From NCBI GenBank assembly GCA_905235635.1, contig CAJOMC010000005.1, forward strand, positions 14,264 through 78,263: a stretch of 64,000 nt of DNA. Reading direction: 5' to 3'. The notes beneath the pieces are model-generated. The model ran no database searches. It was not told where the DNA came from and worked only from the letters and a program-made list of their open reading frames with translations. A program made the translations under genes and the position numbers. Of this stretch, positions 9,037 to 18,372 are shown in pieces (position 1 is the stretch's first letter; the number at the start of each line of letters is the position of its first letter). The DNA is from an uncultured Bacilli bacterium. GTDB lineage: Bacteria > Bacillota_I > Bacilli_A > Izemoplasmatales > UBA1188.

Positions 9037-10197
9037 ATGATTATTACAATTTGTAGTGATGTGCTTGGAAAAGAAAACAATGGTACCACAATAGCCACAA
9101 TGAACTTAATTAGGTACTTAGCTTCTAAAGGCCATGAGGTTAGAGTTGTTGCGCCTAGTATGGAAAAAGTAAAGAACGTAAAACTTTATAGATTAGATGT
9201 AAGACATTTAGGAAAAATACTTGATAATATGCTTAAAAATAATCAGGTGGTTCTCGCTAAATATGATGAAGAATTATTTAAGAAGGCTATAGATGGAGCT
9301 GATATAGTAGATATCCCCTTTTCTATAGGGGTATCTGAAAAAGTAATAGATATGTGCAAAGAAAAAGGGATTCCTGTCGTTGCATCTATGCATCTTCAAG
9401 CCGAAAATGTGTCATCACATTTTGGGCTTATAGATTCAAAATTCGTCAATAAATTAATATACAATAGCTACTATAAAAGAATTTATTCGAAGGTAGATTC
9501 TGTCCATTTTCCGACTCAATTTTTAAAGAATATATTTGAATCTAGTATTCAAAAAACTATTAAATATCCCTATGTTATTTCAAATGGTGTAAGTGATAGA
9601 TTTGAAAGAATAAACACAGTTAAACCAAAGGAACTTGAGGATAAATTTATAATACTTTCAACCGGAAGAATATGTACCGAAAAGAATCAAAAAACATTGG
9701 TAGATGCGATTTCTAAATCTAAATACAAAGATATGATTAAAGTGATATTCGCTGGAGATGGCCCAGATAAAGAATCACTACTTAAAAAGATTAATAAAAA
9801 GAAGATAGATGCGAATATTGAGTTTTTCTCAAGAGATGAAATAGTTAATGTCATTAATTACTCTGATCTTTATGTCCACACTGCTATTATTGATCTTGAA
9901 TCTATCGCATGTCTTGAAGCACTTAAATGTGGATTAACCCCTATATTTATGGACTCTAAGAGATCAGCTCCTCATCTTTTCGCTATTGATGATAGGTCTT
10001 TATCTAAATATAAAGACTCAAGTGATCTCGCAAAAAAGATAGATTATTTCGTTGAACATAAGGAGGAAAGGTTAGAACTATCAAGATTATATGAAAATAA
10101 GATGAAAAATATGAGTCAAAAAGAATGTATGGAAAAGATGGAAGAGATGTTTATGGAGACAATAGATAGATATGGAAAAGAAAGTAATCTATTATAA
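9037..10197 (+). CDS. GT4-family glycosyltransferase (probable membrane glycolipid synthase)
   Basis: The preferred start is ATG 9037, preceded by AAAGGAGG (9021-9028); the tracked TTG at 8977 has no RBS. It shows the GT-B/GT4 pattern ('ENNGTTIATMNL', 'FAGDGPDKESL', 'ESIACLEALKCG'). Confidence 0.75.
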   Translation: MIITICSDVLGKENNGTTIATMNLIRYLASKGHEVRVVAPSMEKVKNVKLYRLDVRHLGKILDNMLKNNQVVLAKYDEELFKKAIDGADIVDIPFSIGVSEKVIDMCKEKGIPVVASMHLQAENVSSHFGLIDSKFVNKLIYNSYYKRIYSKVDSVHFPTQFLKNIFESSIQKTIKYPYVISNGVSDRFERINTVKPKELEDKFIILSTGRICTEKNQKTLVDAISKSKYKDMIKVIFAGDGPDKESLLKKINKKKIDANIEFFSRDEIVNVINYSDLYVHTAIIDLESIACLEALKCGLTPIFMDSKRSAPHLFAIDDRSLSKYKDSSDLAKKIDYFVEHKEERLELSRLYENKMKNMSQKECMEKMEEMFMETIDRYGKESNLL

Positions 10198-10945
10198 AGA
10201 TGAACTTAACGATGACTTTACAAAAAGTTCAGGGCTAAAGAAGAAAGATTTACCTAGTAACTTTAAATATATCCATACCAGTATAATCTATAGATTTTTT
10301 GAATTTATAGCATACCAATTAATCGCAAGACCAATCGCATTCTTGTTTGTAAAAATAGCTTTTTTCCAATCTTTTAAGAATAAGAAATTATTAAAAGAGG
10401 CTAAAAGAAATGGGGCCTATTTCTATATTAACCATACAAATGGTCCACTTGATGCATATCTTCCTAATCTTTTAACTCCTCCAAAAAAGAATTATATAGT
10501 TGTGGGAAGAGAGGCATTTAGTATTAAAGGTATTGGAACAATAGTTCAAATGATGGGTGGAATCCCTTTAGGTGATACTTTAAAGAATAAGAGCGAATAC
10601 TTTAAATGCATCAAAAAGCGAATTGAAGAAAAGAAAACAATCACCATATATCCTGAAGCTCATATTTGGGATTTCTATAATAAAATAAGACCCTTTAGAG
10701 AACAATCATTCATATTTCCTGTTAAATATAATGCACCAGTATATGCGATTACTAACTGTTATCAAAGAAGAAAAATAGGTAAATATCCTAAAGTAGTTAC
10801 CTATATAGATGGACCGTTTTATCCTAACGATTTATTATCTGAAAAAGAGAAACTAACTGATTTAAGAAATAGAGTATATGATTCTATGGTAGAAAACTCA
10901 AATAGATACAGCACATATGAGTATATTAAATATATAAAAATTTAA
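10172..10945 (+). CDS. Lysophospholipid/glycerolipid acyltransferase-like protein (PlsC superfamily)
   Basis: It has the 'INHTNGPLDAY' (HX4-5D-like) block and a 'YPEAHIW' block. It overlaps the upstream glycosyltransferase gene by 26 nt. Confidence 0.6.
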   Translation: MEKKVIYYKDELNDDFTKSSGLKKKDLPSNFKYIHTSIIYRFFEFIAYQLIARPIAFLFVKIAFFQSFKNKKLLKEAKRNGAYFYINHTNGPLDAYLPNLLTPPKKNYIVVGREAFSIKGIGTIVQMMGGIPLGDTLKNKSEYFKCIKKRIEEKKTITIYPEAHIWDFYNKIRPFREQSFIFPVKYNAPVYAITNCYQRRKIGKYPKVVTYIDGPFYPNDLLSEKEKLTDLRNRVYDSMVENSNRYSTYEYIKYIKI

Positions 10946-11002
10946 TATAAGATTAAGTTTGTGTTATAATATGAAACGTAAATATTTGTTAGGAGAAATA
11001 TT

Positions 11003-11461
11003 ATGGCTCAAAATTTAATTAAAATCACAAAACAAGGGTTAGAGAAAAGACAAAGTGAACTAGATGAACTTGTGAATGTTAAACTACCTGAAATATTAGA
11101 TAGACTAGAAGAAGCAAGATCAAAAGGTGACTTATCAGAAAACTTTGAATATACAACCGCAAGAAATGATCAATACCAAACTGAAATGCGTATTGCTCAA
11201 CTCAAGAACATTATTCAAAATCATCAAATCATCAAATCAAAAGATATTAAGGTTAGATTTGTTGAAACAGGAAGAGAAAGATTATTCCATGTTGTTGGTT
11301 CTATCGATGCTAATACAGAGGAACAACAAATCTCTGAAGAGTGCCCACTATGTAAAGCACTAAAAGGCAAAAAACCTAATCCAGATGAAGAAATTACTTA
11401 TATTTCTGAATCAGGTAAAAGAGTTTCTATCATATTCTTAGAAGAAAAAGAATCTCTATGA
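11003..11461 (+). CDS. greA: Transcription elongation factor GreA
   Basis: It has the coiled-coil finger 'GDLSENFEYTTARNDQ' and a C-terminal 'VVGSIDAN...ISEECPLCKALKGKK' GreA-type domain. A TGTTATAAT extended -10 lies at 10962-10970. Confidence 0.85.
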   Translation: MAQNLIKITKQGLEKRQSELDELVNVKLPEILDRLEEARSKGDLSENFEYTTARNDQYQTEMRIAQLKNIIQNHQIIKSKDIKVRFVETGRERLFHVVGSIDANTEEQQISEECPLCKALKGKKPNPDEEITYISESGKRVSIIFLEEKESL

Positions 11462-12105
11462 TTATAGGTGTAATAGGCGCTTTAAAACAAGAAATAGAAT
11501 TCATTAAGAATTCACTCACTAATGTAAAAATGGAAAAACATTCAGGTTTTTCCTTTTTCGTGGGAAATATAAATAATCATAAGGTAATACTAACCGTAAG
11601 TGGTGTTGGCAAAGTAAATATGGCTATTTGTGCTACCACATTAATTAATGCTTATAATCCAGAAATGCTAATAAATACTGGAATTGCGGGTAGTATTAAC
11701 ACAAACATAGGTTCAGTTGTATTACCTAAAGTCACAAAATATTATGACTTTATCTTTGATGAAGCTGAAGATAATATGGGATTCCATGGAGTATTTAAAA
11801 CAAATAAGATATTATTTGATAAAGCATTATCTCTATTTAAAGATGAAGTAGTTACAGGTACCATCCTTACTGGTGATAGATTTGTCACAAACAAGAATCA
11901 ACTAAATGGAATATCACTTAGAAATGTAAAAGCGATAGATATGGAATCAGGAGCTTTCGCTCAAACATGCTTTAGATTAAAGAAAAAATTCTTAATCTTT
12001 AGATGTATTTCAGATCATCTTGATGAAAATGAATTTTATGATAATAAAGAATTTAGTGTAACACTTGCGGCATCTTTATGTCTTAAGTTTATTGAAAATA
12101 TTTAA
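11458..12105 (+). CDS. mtnN: 5'-methylthioadenosine/S-adenosylhomocysteine nucleosidase
   Basis: It has 'IIGVIGALKQEI', 'SGVGKVNMA', 'GIAGS' and 'DMESGAFAQ'. It overlaps greA by 4 nt. Confidence 0.85.
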   Translation: MIIGVIGALKQEIEFIKNSLTNVKMEKHSGFSFFVGNINNHKVILTVSGVGKVNMAICATTLINAYNPEMLINTGIAGSINTNIGSVVLPKVTKYYDFIFDEAEDNMGFHGVFKTNKILFDKALSLFKDEVVTGTILTGDRFVTNKNQLNGISLRNVKAIDMESGAFAQTCFRLKKKFLIFRCISDHLDENEFYDNKEFSVTLAASLCLKFIENI

Positions 12106-12107
12106 TT

Positions 12108-13685
12108 ATGGTTTCTATTCATATGAGTAGAAACTTTTTATGCAAGAATATGGCTATTTTAGAAGTAAAAGACCTTAAATTTTCATATGATAATACTGGA
12201 CTTTATAAGTCCATTAATTTTGCTATCCAACATAAAGAACATGTAGTACTTGTAGGTCCTAATGGAAGTGGTAAATCTACATTTATGAAATTAATAGCCA
12301 AAATACTAAACCCAGATAGTGGATCAATAGAATGGCTTAATGGTATTAAGTATTCATATTTAGATCAAAATCTTGAGGTTAAAAAGGATATACCTATTAA
12401 AGACTATCTTTATGGAGTATATAAAGAACTATTTGATAGAGAAGAAAAGTTAAATAAATTATATAAGGATATATCAACCGTAGATGGCGATATACAAGAT
12501 AAAATGTTAGAAGAAGCTGAGAACTTAAGGCTATCTCTTGAAATGGATGATTTCTACAATATAGAAACTGAAATTAATAACTGTATTGTTGGACTTGGTC
12601 TTAATAAGCTTAATTTATCAAGCCATATATCAACTCTATCAGGTGGTGAAAAAGCTAAGGTATATCTCGCAAAGATTCTTCTTGAAAAACCTGATTGTAT
12701 CCTAATGGATGAACCAACAAACTTCCTTGATAAGACACATATTGAATGGCTTGAAAATTATTTGAATAACTTTAGTGGTGCCTTCTTAATTATTTCCCAT
12801 GATCAAGAATTCTTAAAGTCTATCGCTAGGGTAGTCTATGCGATAGAGAATAAAGAAATTAATAGATATAAGGGAGACTATGAATTTTATTTAAGAGAAA
12901 GAGTAGTTAGATTTGATCAACAACTTAAAAACTTTAATAAGCAACAAGAATTTATTAAAAGGACTAAGATATTTATTGAGAAAAATATCGCAAGGGCTAA
13001 AACATCAAAACGTGCAAAATCAAGAAGAAAACAACTTGAGAAAATAGATATAATTGAAGCACCTAAAGAGGAGGCTTCTATAAAGATTAATTTCCCTTTT
13101 TCTCGCGATTTACCGATGGATGTGCTTGTGATAAAAGACTTAGAAATAGGATATAATAATATTCCACTTCTTGAACCACTATCAATTAAGATATCAAAGG
13201 GTGAAAGAGTAGAAATAATCGGTAAAAATGGTATAGGTAAAACTACACTAATAAAAACCATTTTAGGTGAAATAGAGAAGATAAGTGGTGAATTTAGGTT
13301 CTCACCTAGTGTAGATATTAACTATTTTTCACAAGAGGAAGATATAGATTTATCCATTAATGCGATTGATTATTATAGACAAAAATATCCACATATGGTT
13401 AAAGAAGATATTTTAAGGAATCTCGCAAGAATAGGTATAAGAGGAGAACTTCCTCTAAGACCATTAAAGGAATTATCAGGCGGTGAACTTGAGCGTGTTA
13501 GATTATCTTTGATGACTTTAAATAAATCAAATATTCTAATACTAGATGAACCAACAAATCATCTAGACAAAAAGATAAAAGATGCCTTACATGATGCGAT
13601 AGAAGATTTCCCTGGTTCGCTCATTCTAGTATCCCATGAAAAGGGATTTGCGGATGATTTAGTAGATATCATAATTAAGTTTTAA
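12108..13685 (+). CDS. ABC-F family ATPase (two ABC domains, no transmembrane domain)
   Basis: It has two Walker A motifs ('GPNGSGKST', 'GKNGIGKTT') and two signatures ('LSGGEKAK', 'LSGGELER'), joined by a charged linker. The true start could instead be Met15 (nt 12150). Confidence 0.85.
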   Translation: MVSIHMSRNFLCKNMAILEVKDLKFSYDNTGLYKSINFAIQHKEHVVLVGPNGSGKSTFMKLIAKILNPDSGSIEWLNGIKYSYLDQNLEVKKDIPIKDYLYGVYKELFDREEKLNKLYKDISTVDGDIQDKMLEEAENLRLSLEMDDFYNIETEINNCIVGLGLNKLNLSSHISTLSGGEKAKVYLAKILLEKPDCILMDEPTNFLDKTHIEWLENYLNNFSGAFLIISHDQEFLKSIARVVYAIENKEINRYKGDYEFYLRERVVRFDQQLKNFNKQQEFIKRTKIFIEKNIARAKTSKRAKSRRKQLEKIDIIEAPKEEASIKINFPFSRDLPMDVLVIKDLEIGYNNIPLLEPLSIKISKGERVEIIGKNGIGKTTLIKTILGEIEKISGEFRFSPSVDINYFSQEEDIDLSINAIDYYRQKYPHMVKEDILRNLARIGIRGELPLRPLKELSGGELERVRLSLMTLNKSNILILDEPTNHLDKKIKDALHDAIEDFPGSLILVSHEKGFADDLVDIIIKF

Positions 13686-13799
13686 CCCCATGCCTAATAT
13701 TTATTTTGATTTAAATCAAAAAAAGTTTTAAAAATGGGGAGTTGTAGTAAAATATATTTAGACATATAAACAATAAATTATAAGGAGAATTACTAAAAA

Positions 13800-14828
13800 A
13801 TGTCAGTAAAAGTAGCTATTAACGGATTTGGTAGAATCGGAAGACTTGCATTCAGACAAATGTTTGGAGCTGAAGGATATGAAGTTGTTGCAATCAACGA
13901 TTTAACTAGTCCAAAAATGTTAGCACATCTATTAAAGTATGATTCTGCACAAAAGAGATATGATCTCGCAGATAAAGTAACTTGTTCTGAAGAAGGCGAA
14001 GCTGAAGGCTGGATCGCTGTTGATGGACATAAAATCAGAATCTATGCTGAAAAAGATGCTAATAATTGCCCATGGGGTGAACTCGGAGTTGATGTAGTTT
14101 TAGAATGTACAGGTTTCTATGCATCTAAAGCTTTAAGCATGGCTCATATCAATGCAGGAGCTAAGAAAGTTGTTATCTCAGCACCAGCAGGAAAAGACCT
14201 CAAAACTATCGTTTTCAACGTTAACCATGAAACACTAACTAAGGAAGATCAAATCATTAGTGCAGCATCTTGTACAACAAACTGCCTTGCACCAATGGCT
14301 AAAGCATTAAATGATCTAGCTCCAATCCAATCTGGAATTATGCTTACAGTTCATGCATATACTGGAGACCAAATGGTACTTGATGGACCACACAGAAAAG
14401 GAGATTTAAGAAGAGCTAGAGCAGCTGCAGTTAACATTGTTCCAAATTCAACTGGTGCAGCTAAAGCTATCGGTCTTGTTATCCCTGAATTAAATGGAAA
14501 ACTAATCGGTTCAGCACAAAGAGTTCCTGTTCCTACAGGATCAACTACACTCCTTTTCGCAGTAGTTAAAGCTCATGATTTAACTGTTGATAAAGTTAAT
14601 GCATATATGAAGAGTGTTGCTAACGAATCATATGGCTATACAGAAGAACAACTTGTATCATCAGATATAGTAGGTATGAGATTTGGATCATTATTTGATG
14701 CAACTCAAACTATGGTAGCTAAAGTTGATGAAGATACATATGAAGTTCAAGTTGTTGCTTGGTATGATAACGAGAACTCTTATACTTCTCAAATGGTTCG
14801 TACTATTAAATATTTCTCAGAAATCTAA
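13800..14828 (+). CDS. gap: Type I glyceraldehyde-3-phosphate dehydrogenase
   Basis: It has '[11 protein letters not shown]', the active site 'SCTTNCLAP' and 'WYDNE'. An AAGGAGA RBS lies upstream. Confidence 0.95.
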   Translation: MSVKVAINGFGRIGRLAFRQMFGAEGYEVVAINDLTSPKMLAHLLKYDSAQKRYDLADKVTCSEEGEAEGWIAVDGHKIRIYAEKDANNCPWGELGVDVVLECTGFYASKALSMAHINAGAKKVVISAPAGKDLKTIVFNVNHETLTKEDQIISAASCTTNCLAPMAKALNDLAPIQSGIMLTVHAYTGDQMVLDGPHRKGDLRRARAAAVNIVPNSTGAAKAIGLVIPELNGKLIGSAQRVPVPTGSTTLLFAVVKAHDLTVDKVNAYMKSVANESYGYTEEQLVSSDIVGMRFGSLFDATQTMVAKVDEDTYEVQVVAWYDNENSYTSQMVRTIKYFSEI

Positions 14829-14847
14829 TATTTTATAATATTTTTAT

Positions 14848-14881
14848 AAGAGTATCCTGATTGTGGGATACTCTTATTTTA
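14848..14881 (+). terminator. Rho-independent terminator after gap
   Basis: AAGAGTATCC (14848-14857) pairs with GGATACTCTT (14866-14875) around an 8-nt loop, followed by ATTTTA. Confidence 0.8.
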
Positions 14882-14942
14882 TACATTTAATAGATATCTC
14901 ATACAAAATCAATTATAATAATAATTGTAAGGAAGGTTTATT

Positions 14943-15275
14943 ATGAAGAAAAAATCCAATAATACGTCAAATGATATCTTAAGCATTCTATTTGATGAAA
15001 ATAATACTGATCCATTAGTACTTTATAATGATGATGTAAAATACACTTTTCATCAAATCGCAGTAATTCCTTATAACAGTGAAATCTATTCAATCTTAAA
15101 ACCAGTAGAAATGATTGAAGGAATAGCTGATGATGAAGCTATTGTATTTAAAGTTCTTGAAGATGAAAATGGAGATTCATATTTAATCGTTGAAGAGGAC
15201 GAAAATAAAGCAAAATTAGTATTTGATGAGTACCTAAAACTTTATAACGAAAAACACAATAATGAAGAGGATTAA
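14943..15275 (+). CDS. DUF1292-family small acidic protein
   Basis: It is 110 aa with the pattern 'YTFHQIAVIPYNSEIYSILKPVE...DEAIVFKV..DENGD..L..V.DE', typical of DUF1292. Confidence 0.6.
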   Translation: MKKKSNNTSNDILSILFDENNTDPLVLYNDDVKYTFHQIAVIPYNSEIYSILKPVEMIEGIADDEAIVFKVLEDENGDSYLIVEEDENKAKLVFDEYLKLYNEKHNNEED

Positions 15276-15277
15276 TC

Positions 15278-15826
15278 ATGGAAGAAGAATTAAAGAAAGA
15301 ATTAAAATCAAACGAAGCCTTTGACAAAACCAAGGCAACCCTAAATAAGAAAATAGTACCACTTGGCACAACAATCATAATATATGGTGTCTTACTACTA
15401 GTTATTACCGCAATTACTGTATTTGTCGCAGTAAAAGCACCAGATTGGTGGAGACTCTTAATTGTTGGGCTAATTGATCTTGCTGCGCTATTTTTCTTTA
15501 TTGCGCCACTTGTATCTTATATAGTTACTATTAAAGAAGATAAGATATCTATGAAGAAAGATTTTGGACTATTTGCTGAAGATAGAGTTCAATCAGTTCA
15601 AACAGTAGAATTAAAGGATGTATTGAAATATAGAGTAATATTATCTGAAAAGAACTCAGATAATGAACCATATGCATCTAAGACAGCTAAAAAGAAATAT
15701 ATTGAATTTGATATGGCTAACGAAACAAATAGAAGACTATATGTTTCTATGTTAAGTAAGAAACAATTAGTAGGTCTATTAAAATATGTAAGAGAAGTTA
15801 CAAATCTAGAAATATCAAACGAGTAG
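15278..15826 (+). CDS. Hypothetical membrane protein (2 TM helices plus a cytoplasmic C-terminal domain)
   Basis: Two hydrophobic segments are visible (IIIYGVLLLVITAITVFVAV and LLIVGLIDLAALFFFIAPLV). I recognise no family motif. Confidence 0.5.
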   Translation: MEEELKKELKSNEAFDKTKATLNKKIVPLGTTIIIYGVLLLVITAITVFVAVKAPDWWRLLIVGLIDLAALFFFIAPLVSYIVTIKEDKISMKKDFGLFAEDRVQSVQTVELKDVLKYRVILSEKNSDNEPYASKTAKKKYIEFDMANETNRRLYVSMLSKKQLVGLLKYVREVTNLEISNE

Positions 15827-15830
15827 TATT

Positions 15831-16148
15831 ATGTTTAAAGTATATGGAAGCGCTATGTGTCCAGATTGTGTTTGGTTAAAACTCAATTTTGATACATATG
15901 GTATTGAATATGAATTTATAGATATTTTAGACTCGCTAAAAAATCTAAAAGAATTTTTAAAATTAAGAGATAACCTAGAGGTCTTTGATAGACTAAAAAA
16001 GATTGGAGATATAGGTTTGCCTGCGGTTGTAAGAGAAAATGGTGAAGTTTTTGTCGCATGGGAAAAATATATCACAGATGAACTAGGATTAAAACTTTTA
16101 GAGTTAGAAGATAAAAAATCCTGTTCCATTGACGGAAAAGGCTGCTAA
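15831..16148 (+). CDS. Glutaredoxin/NrdH-like thioredoxin-fold protein
   Basis: It has the N-terminal 'KVYGSAMCPDCVWLK' CxxC motif in beta-alpha context and a 'GLPAVV' cis-Pro-type loop. Confidence 0.6.
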   Translation: MFKVYGSAMCPDCVWLKLNFDTYGIEYEFIDILDSLKNLKEFLKLRDNLEVFDRLKKIGDIGLPAVVRENGEVFVAWEKYITDELGLKLLELEDKKSCSIDGKGC

Positions 16149-16160
16149 AACATCAAAATT

Positions 16161-16189
16161 TACCCACATTGATTTGTGGGTATTTTTTA
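16161..16189 (+). terminator. Rho-independent terminator
   Basis: TACCCACA / TGTGGGTA stem with a 6-nt loop, followed by TTTTTT. Confidence 0.8.
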
Positions 16190-16225
16190 TATATAAATAT
16201 AATATATATGTCAAATATTTATATA

Positions 16226-16256
16226 TTTACTTTTTAAGAATCTCTTAAAAAGTAAA
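16226..16256. repeat. Perfect 14-bp inverted repeat with 3-nt spacer
   Basis: TTTACTTTTTAAGA-atc-TCTTAAAAAGTAAA. It lies 26 nt upstream of the -35 element of the jet-like operon promoter. Confidence 0.8.
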
Positions 16257-16281
16257 ATTAAAAAATATTTTTAAAAAAGTG

Positions 16282-16310
16282 TTGAAAAATTTTAAATAAT
16301 TTATTATAAT
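16282..16310 (+). promoter_or_regulatory. Sigma-A promoter of the kleisin/KITE/SMC-like operon
   Basis: TTGAAA (16282-16287), a 17-nt spacer, then TATAAT (16305-16310). GGAGG lies at 16331-16335 and the ATG at 16341. Confidence 0.65.
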
Positions 16311-16340
16311 ACTTTTAGTTAAATATATGGAGGATATGAA

Positions 16341-17765
16341 ATGGAATTCAAAGACATCCTGCCTATGAATTTCTTCAATCTTTTCCAAAGCAAACACCGA
16401 GATCTCTATCTTGAGTCTCTCATCCGCGTATATGAGAGGTACGAAGTGGGGTCTATTTTGGGTATGCCTAAGGAAGACGCTCGAGACATAATTGAGTCAA
16501 TGCTTGAAGAAATGAATATAGGTTTAAATGAATTTATAGACGAGGAAGATGAAGAAGAAATCCCATCTTATAGAGAACTCGCAAATTACATCATAAGAAG
16601 GCTTGAGGTTACAGGTTGGGTAACGATTGACGTTACAAATGATTATCTTGAAATCCTAAACTTCACTGATAATGCAGTATCTATAACACTTGCTCTTCAG
16701 GAGATTAAAAAGAATGCAAGCTTCTCATTATTTGCGGATAACTTCACTCTCAATTCAAATGAAGAAGCATTTAGAGGATATATCTTTACGATTTATTCGC
16801 TTCTTAACTCAAAAACTTATGACTATGGTTTACTACTAAGCCAGGTTTATAAGAACACAATTAATTTTGTGAGAGAAATAAGAAAAGTTGACCACAAGTT
16901 AAAAGAGTTTATCCAGTTAATTGATACGAAAGATAATCTTAAAGAACTTGTTGAACTCTTAATGGATTATAAGAGTGAGGTAATGGATAAGGCATATTTC
17001 AAGCTAAAGACATTCGACAACATCAATAAATATAAGCTTCAAATTATTAAAAAGCTTGAATCACTTCAAGAAGATCCTGATGCGATGACTATTATTGCGA
17101 ATGACTATCTATTCCTCGCAGAGAATGATATCTCAAGAGCGCAATTCATTGCGAATAAACAGATAAATGACTGTATAGATATCTATAACTCACTTGGTCA
17201 AATCATGGATGAGATTGATAAGAAGAATAGAGACTATATTACTCAAACACTCTCTAAGGTAAAATATCTATTAAATGATTCAACTGATGTGCTTGGGGAA
17301 TTATATTCAATCACAAATTATTATTCTGATTTAGTTAAACAAGGTAGAACCGATAAGGCATTTAATGATATAAGAGATCTATTTGAACTAAATGTGAATA
17401 AATCACTAACAATCTCAAGTATCTCACAACCAAGAGGTACATATAAGAAAACAGAGAATAATGTCCTTATTAAAACTACTGTAGACTTTAGAGGAATAGT
17501 GAATAACCTATTCGAACAATATAAGTCACAATATAAGGAAGAAGATATTAAGAATTTACTCGATCAAACTATTGAAAAAGGCACTGAAAAGAGTATGGTT
17601 GATTATATCTCATATGATTGTGACAAGAAGGGTATATTAAAACTACTTTATATAATTGTATTTGTTTCATCATCTAGTGAATATGAATTACTTGATGAAG
17701 AATCATTTACCGAAACAAAATACTTCATTATTAGAAACTTTACATTAAAAAGGAGGGTAAACTAA
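16341..17765 (+). CDS. Hypothetical protein in the kleisin (JetA/MksF) position of a Wadjet/Mks-like operon
   Basis: It is 474 aa, the JetA size class. It is the first gene of a tightly coupled trio whose second and third genes look like JetB and JetC. The call rests on position and size; I recognise no diagnostic motif by eye. Confidence 0.5.
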   Translation: MEFKDILPMNFFNLFQSKHRDLYLESLIRVYERYEVGSILGMPKEDARDIIESMLEEMNIGLNEFIDEEDEEEIPSYRELANYIIRRLEVTGWVTIDVTNDYLEILNFTDNAVSITLALQEIKKNASFSLFADNFTLNSNEEAFRGYIFTIYSLLNSKTYDYGLLLSQVYKNTINFVREIRKVDHKLKEFIQLIDTKDNLKELVELLMDYKSEVMDKAYFKLKTFDNINKYKLQIIKKLESLQEDPDAMTIIANDYLFLAENDISRAQFIANKQINDCIDIYNSLGQIMDEIDKKNRDYITQTLSKVKYLLNDSTDVLGELYSITNYYSDLVKQGRTDKAFNDIRDLFELNVNKSLTISSISQPRGTYKKTENNVLIKTTVDFRGIVNNLFEQYKSQYKEEDIKNLLDQTIEKGTEKSMVDYISYDCDKKGILKLLYIIVFVSSSSEYELLDEESFTETKYFIIRNFTLKRRVN

Positions 17766-17766
17766 C

Positions 17767-18372
17767 ATGTTACTAGATGAATTAAAAGGCTTTACTAAAG
17801 ATGTTCAAGATAACTTTACTAAAATCGTAAATATCTTGCTTTCTTCAAACTATCTTTGTAAGGACAAAAAGGATAATTATAAGAACTATATATTTGTTCT
17901 TAACTATAAAGATTATTTTGTAGAATTATTTAATCTACTTGGTGATGAACTAATTATTAATAGAGAGCTAGGTGTAATCCAACTTAAGAATAACTACTTC
18001 CAAGGCAATCTTAAACTTAAGAAAGAAGAAACATTTATTCTATTAATCCTACGTATCCTATACCAAGAAAAATTAATTAACACTACTATGGAAAACATAG
18101 TCGCAGTAACTATTGATGATATTCATAATAAGTATCAATCATTTGGTTTTAAGAGGAAAATCTTTAAGACAGAACTTGTGTCATCTTTAAGACTATTCAA
18201 AAGATATAATCTAATTGATAACTTAGGTGAACTAGATAAATCATCAACACGCCTCATGATTTATCCATCAATTGCCCTACTTATACCTATGAATAATGTT
18301 GATGAAGTATATTCATATATAAGACAACTATCTGAAGGAAAGGAGGAAGAAGGAAATGAAGACATTAACTAA
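17767..18372 (+). CDS. DUF4194-like (JetB/MksE, KITE-type) protein
   Basis: It is 201 aa. The pattern 'F..IVNILLSSNYL...Y..YF.ELFNLLGDELIINRELGVIQLKN...LKKEETFILLILRILYQEKL' matches the layout I associate with DUF4194/MukE-like proteins. It starts 2 nt after the upstream stop. Confidence 0.65.
   Translation: MLLDELKGFTKDVQDNFTKIVNILLSSNYLCKDKKDNYKNYIFVLNYKDYFVELFNLLGDELIINRELGVIQLKNNYFQGNLKLKKEETFILLILRILYQEKLINTTMENIVAVTIDDIHNKYQSFGFKRKIFKTELVSSLRLFKRYNLIDNLGELDKSSTRLMIYPSIALLIPMNNVDEVYSYIRQLSEGKEEEGNEDIN

Noticed and set aside
13686-13740. The palindromes after the ABC-F gene (CCCCAT...ATGGGG and TTTTGATTTAAATCAAAA) as a terminator.
   Set aside because: The inner palindrome is followed by an A-run rather than a T-run on the plus strand, and the outer pairing has no T-run either. 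It is not a convincing intrinsic terminator, and its function is unclear.
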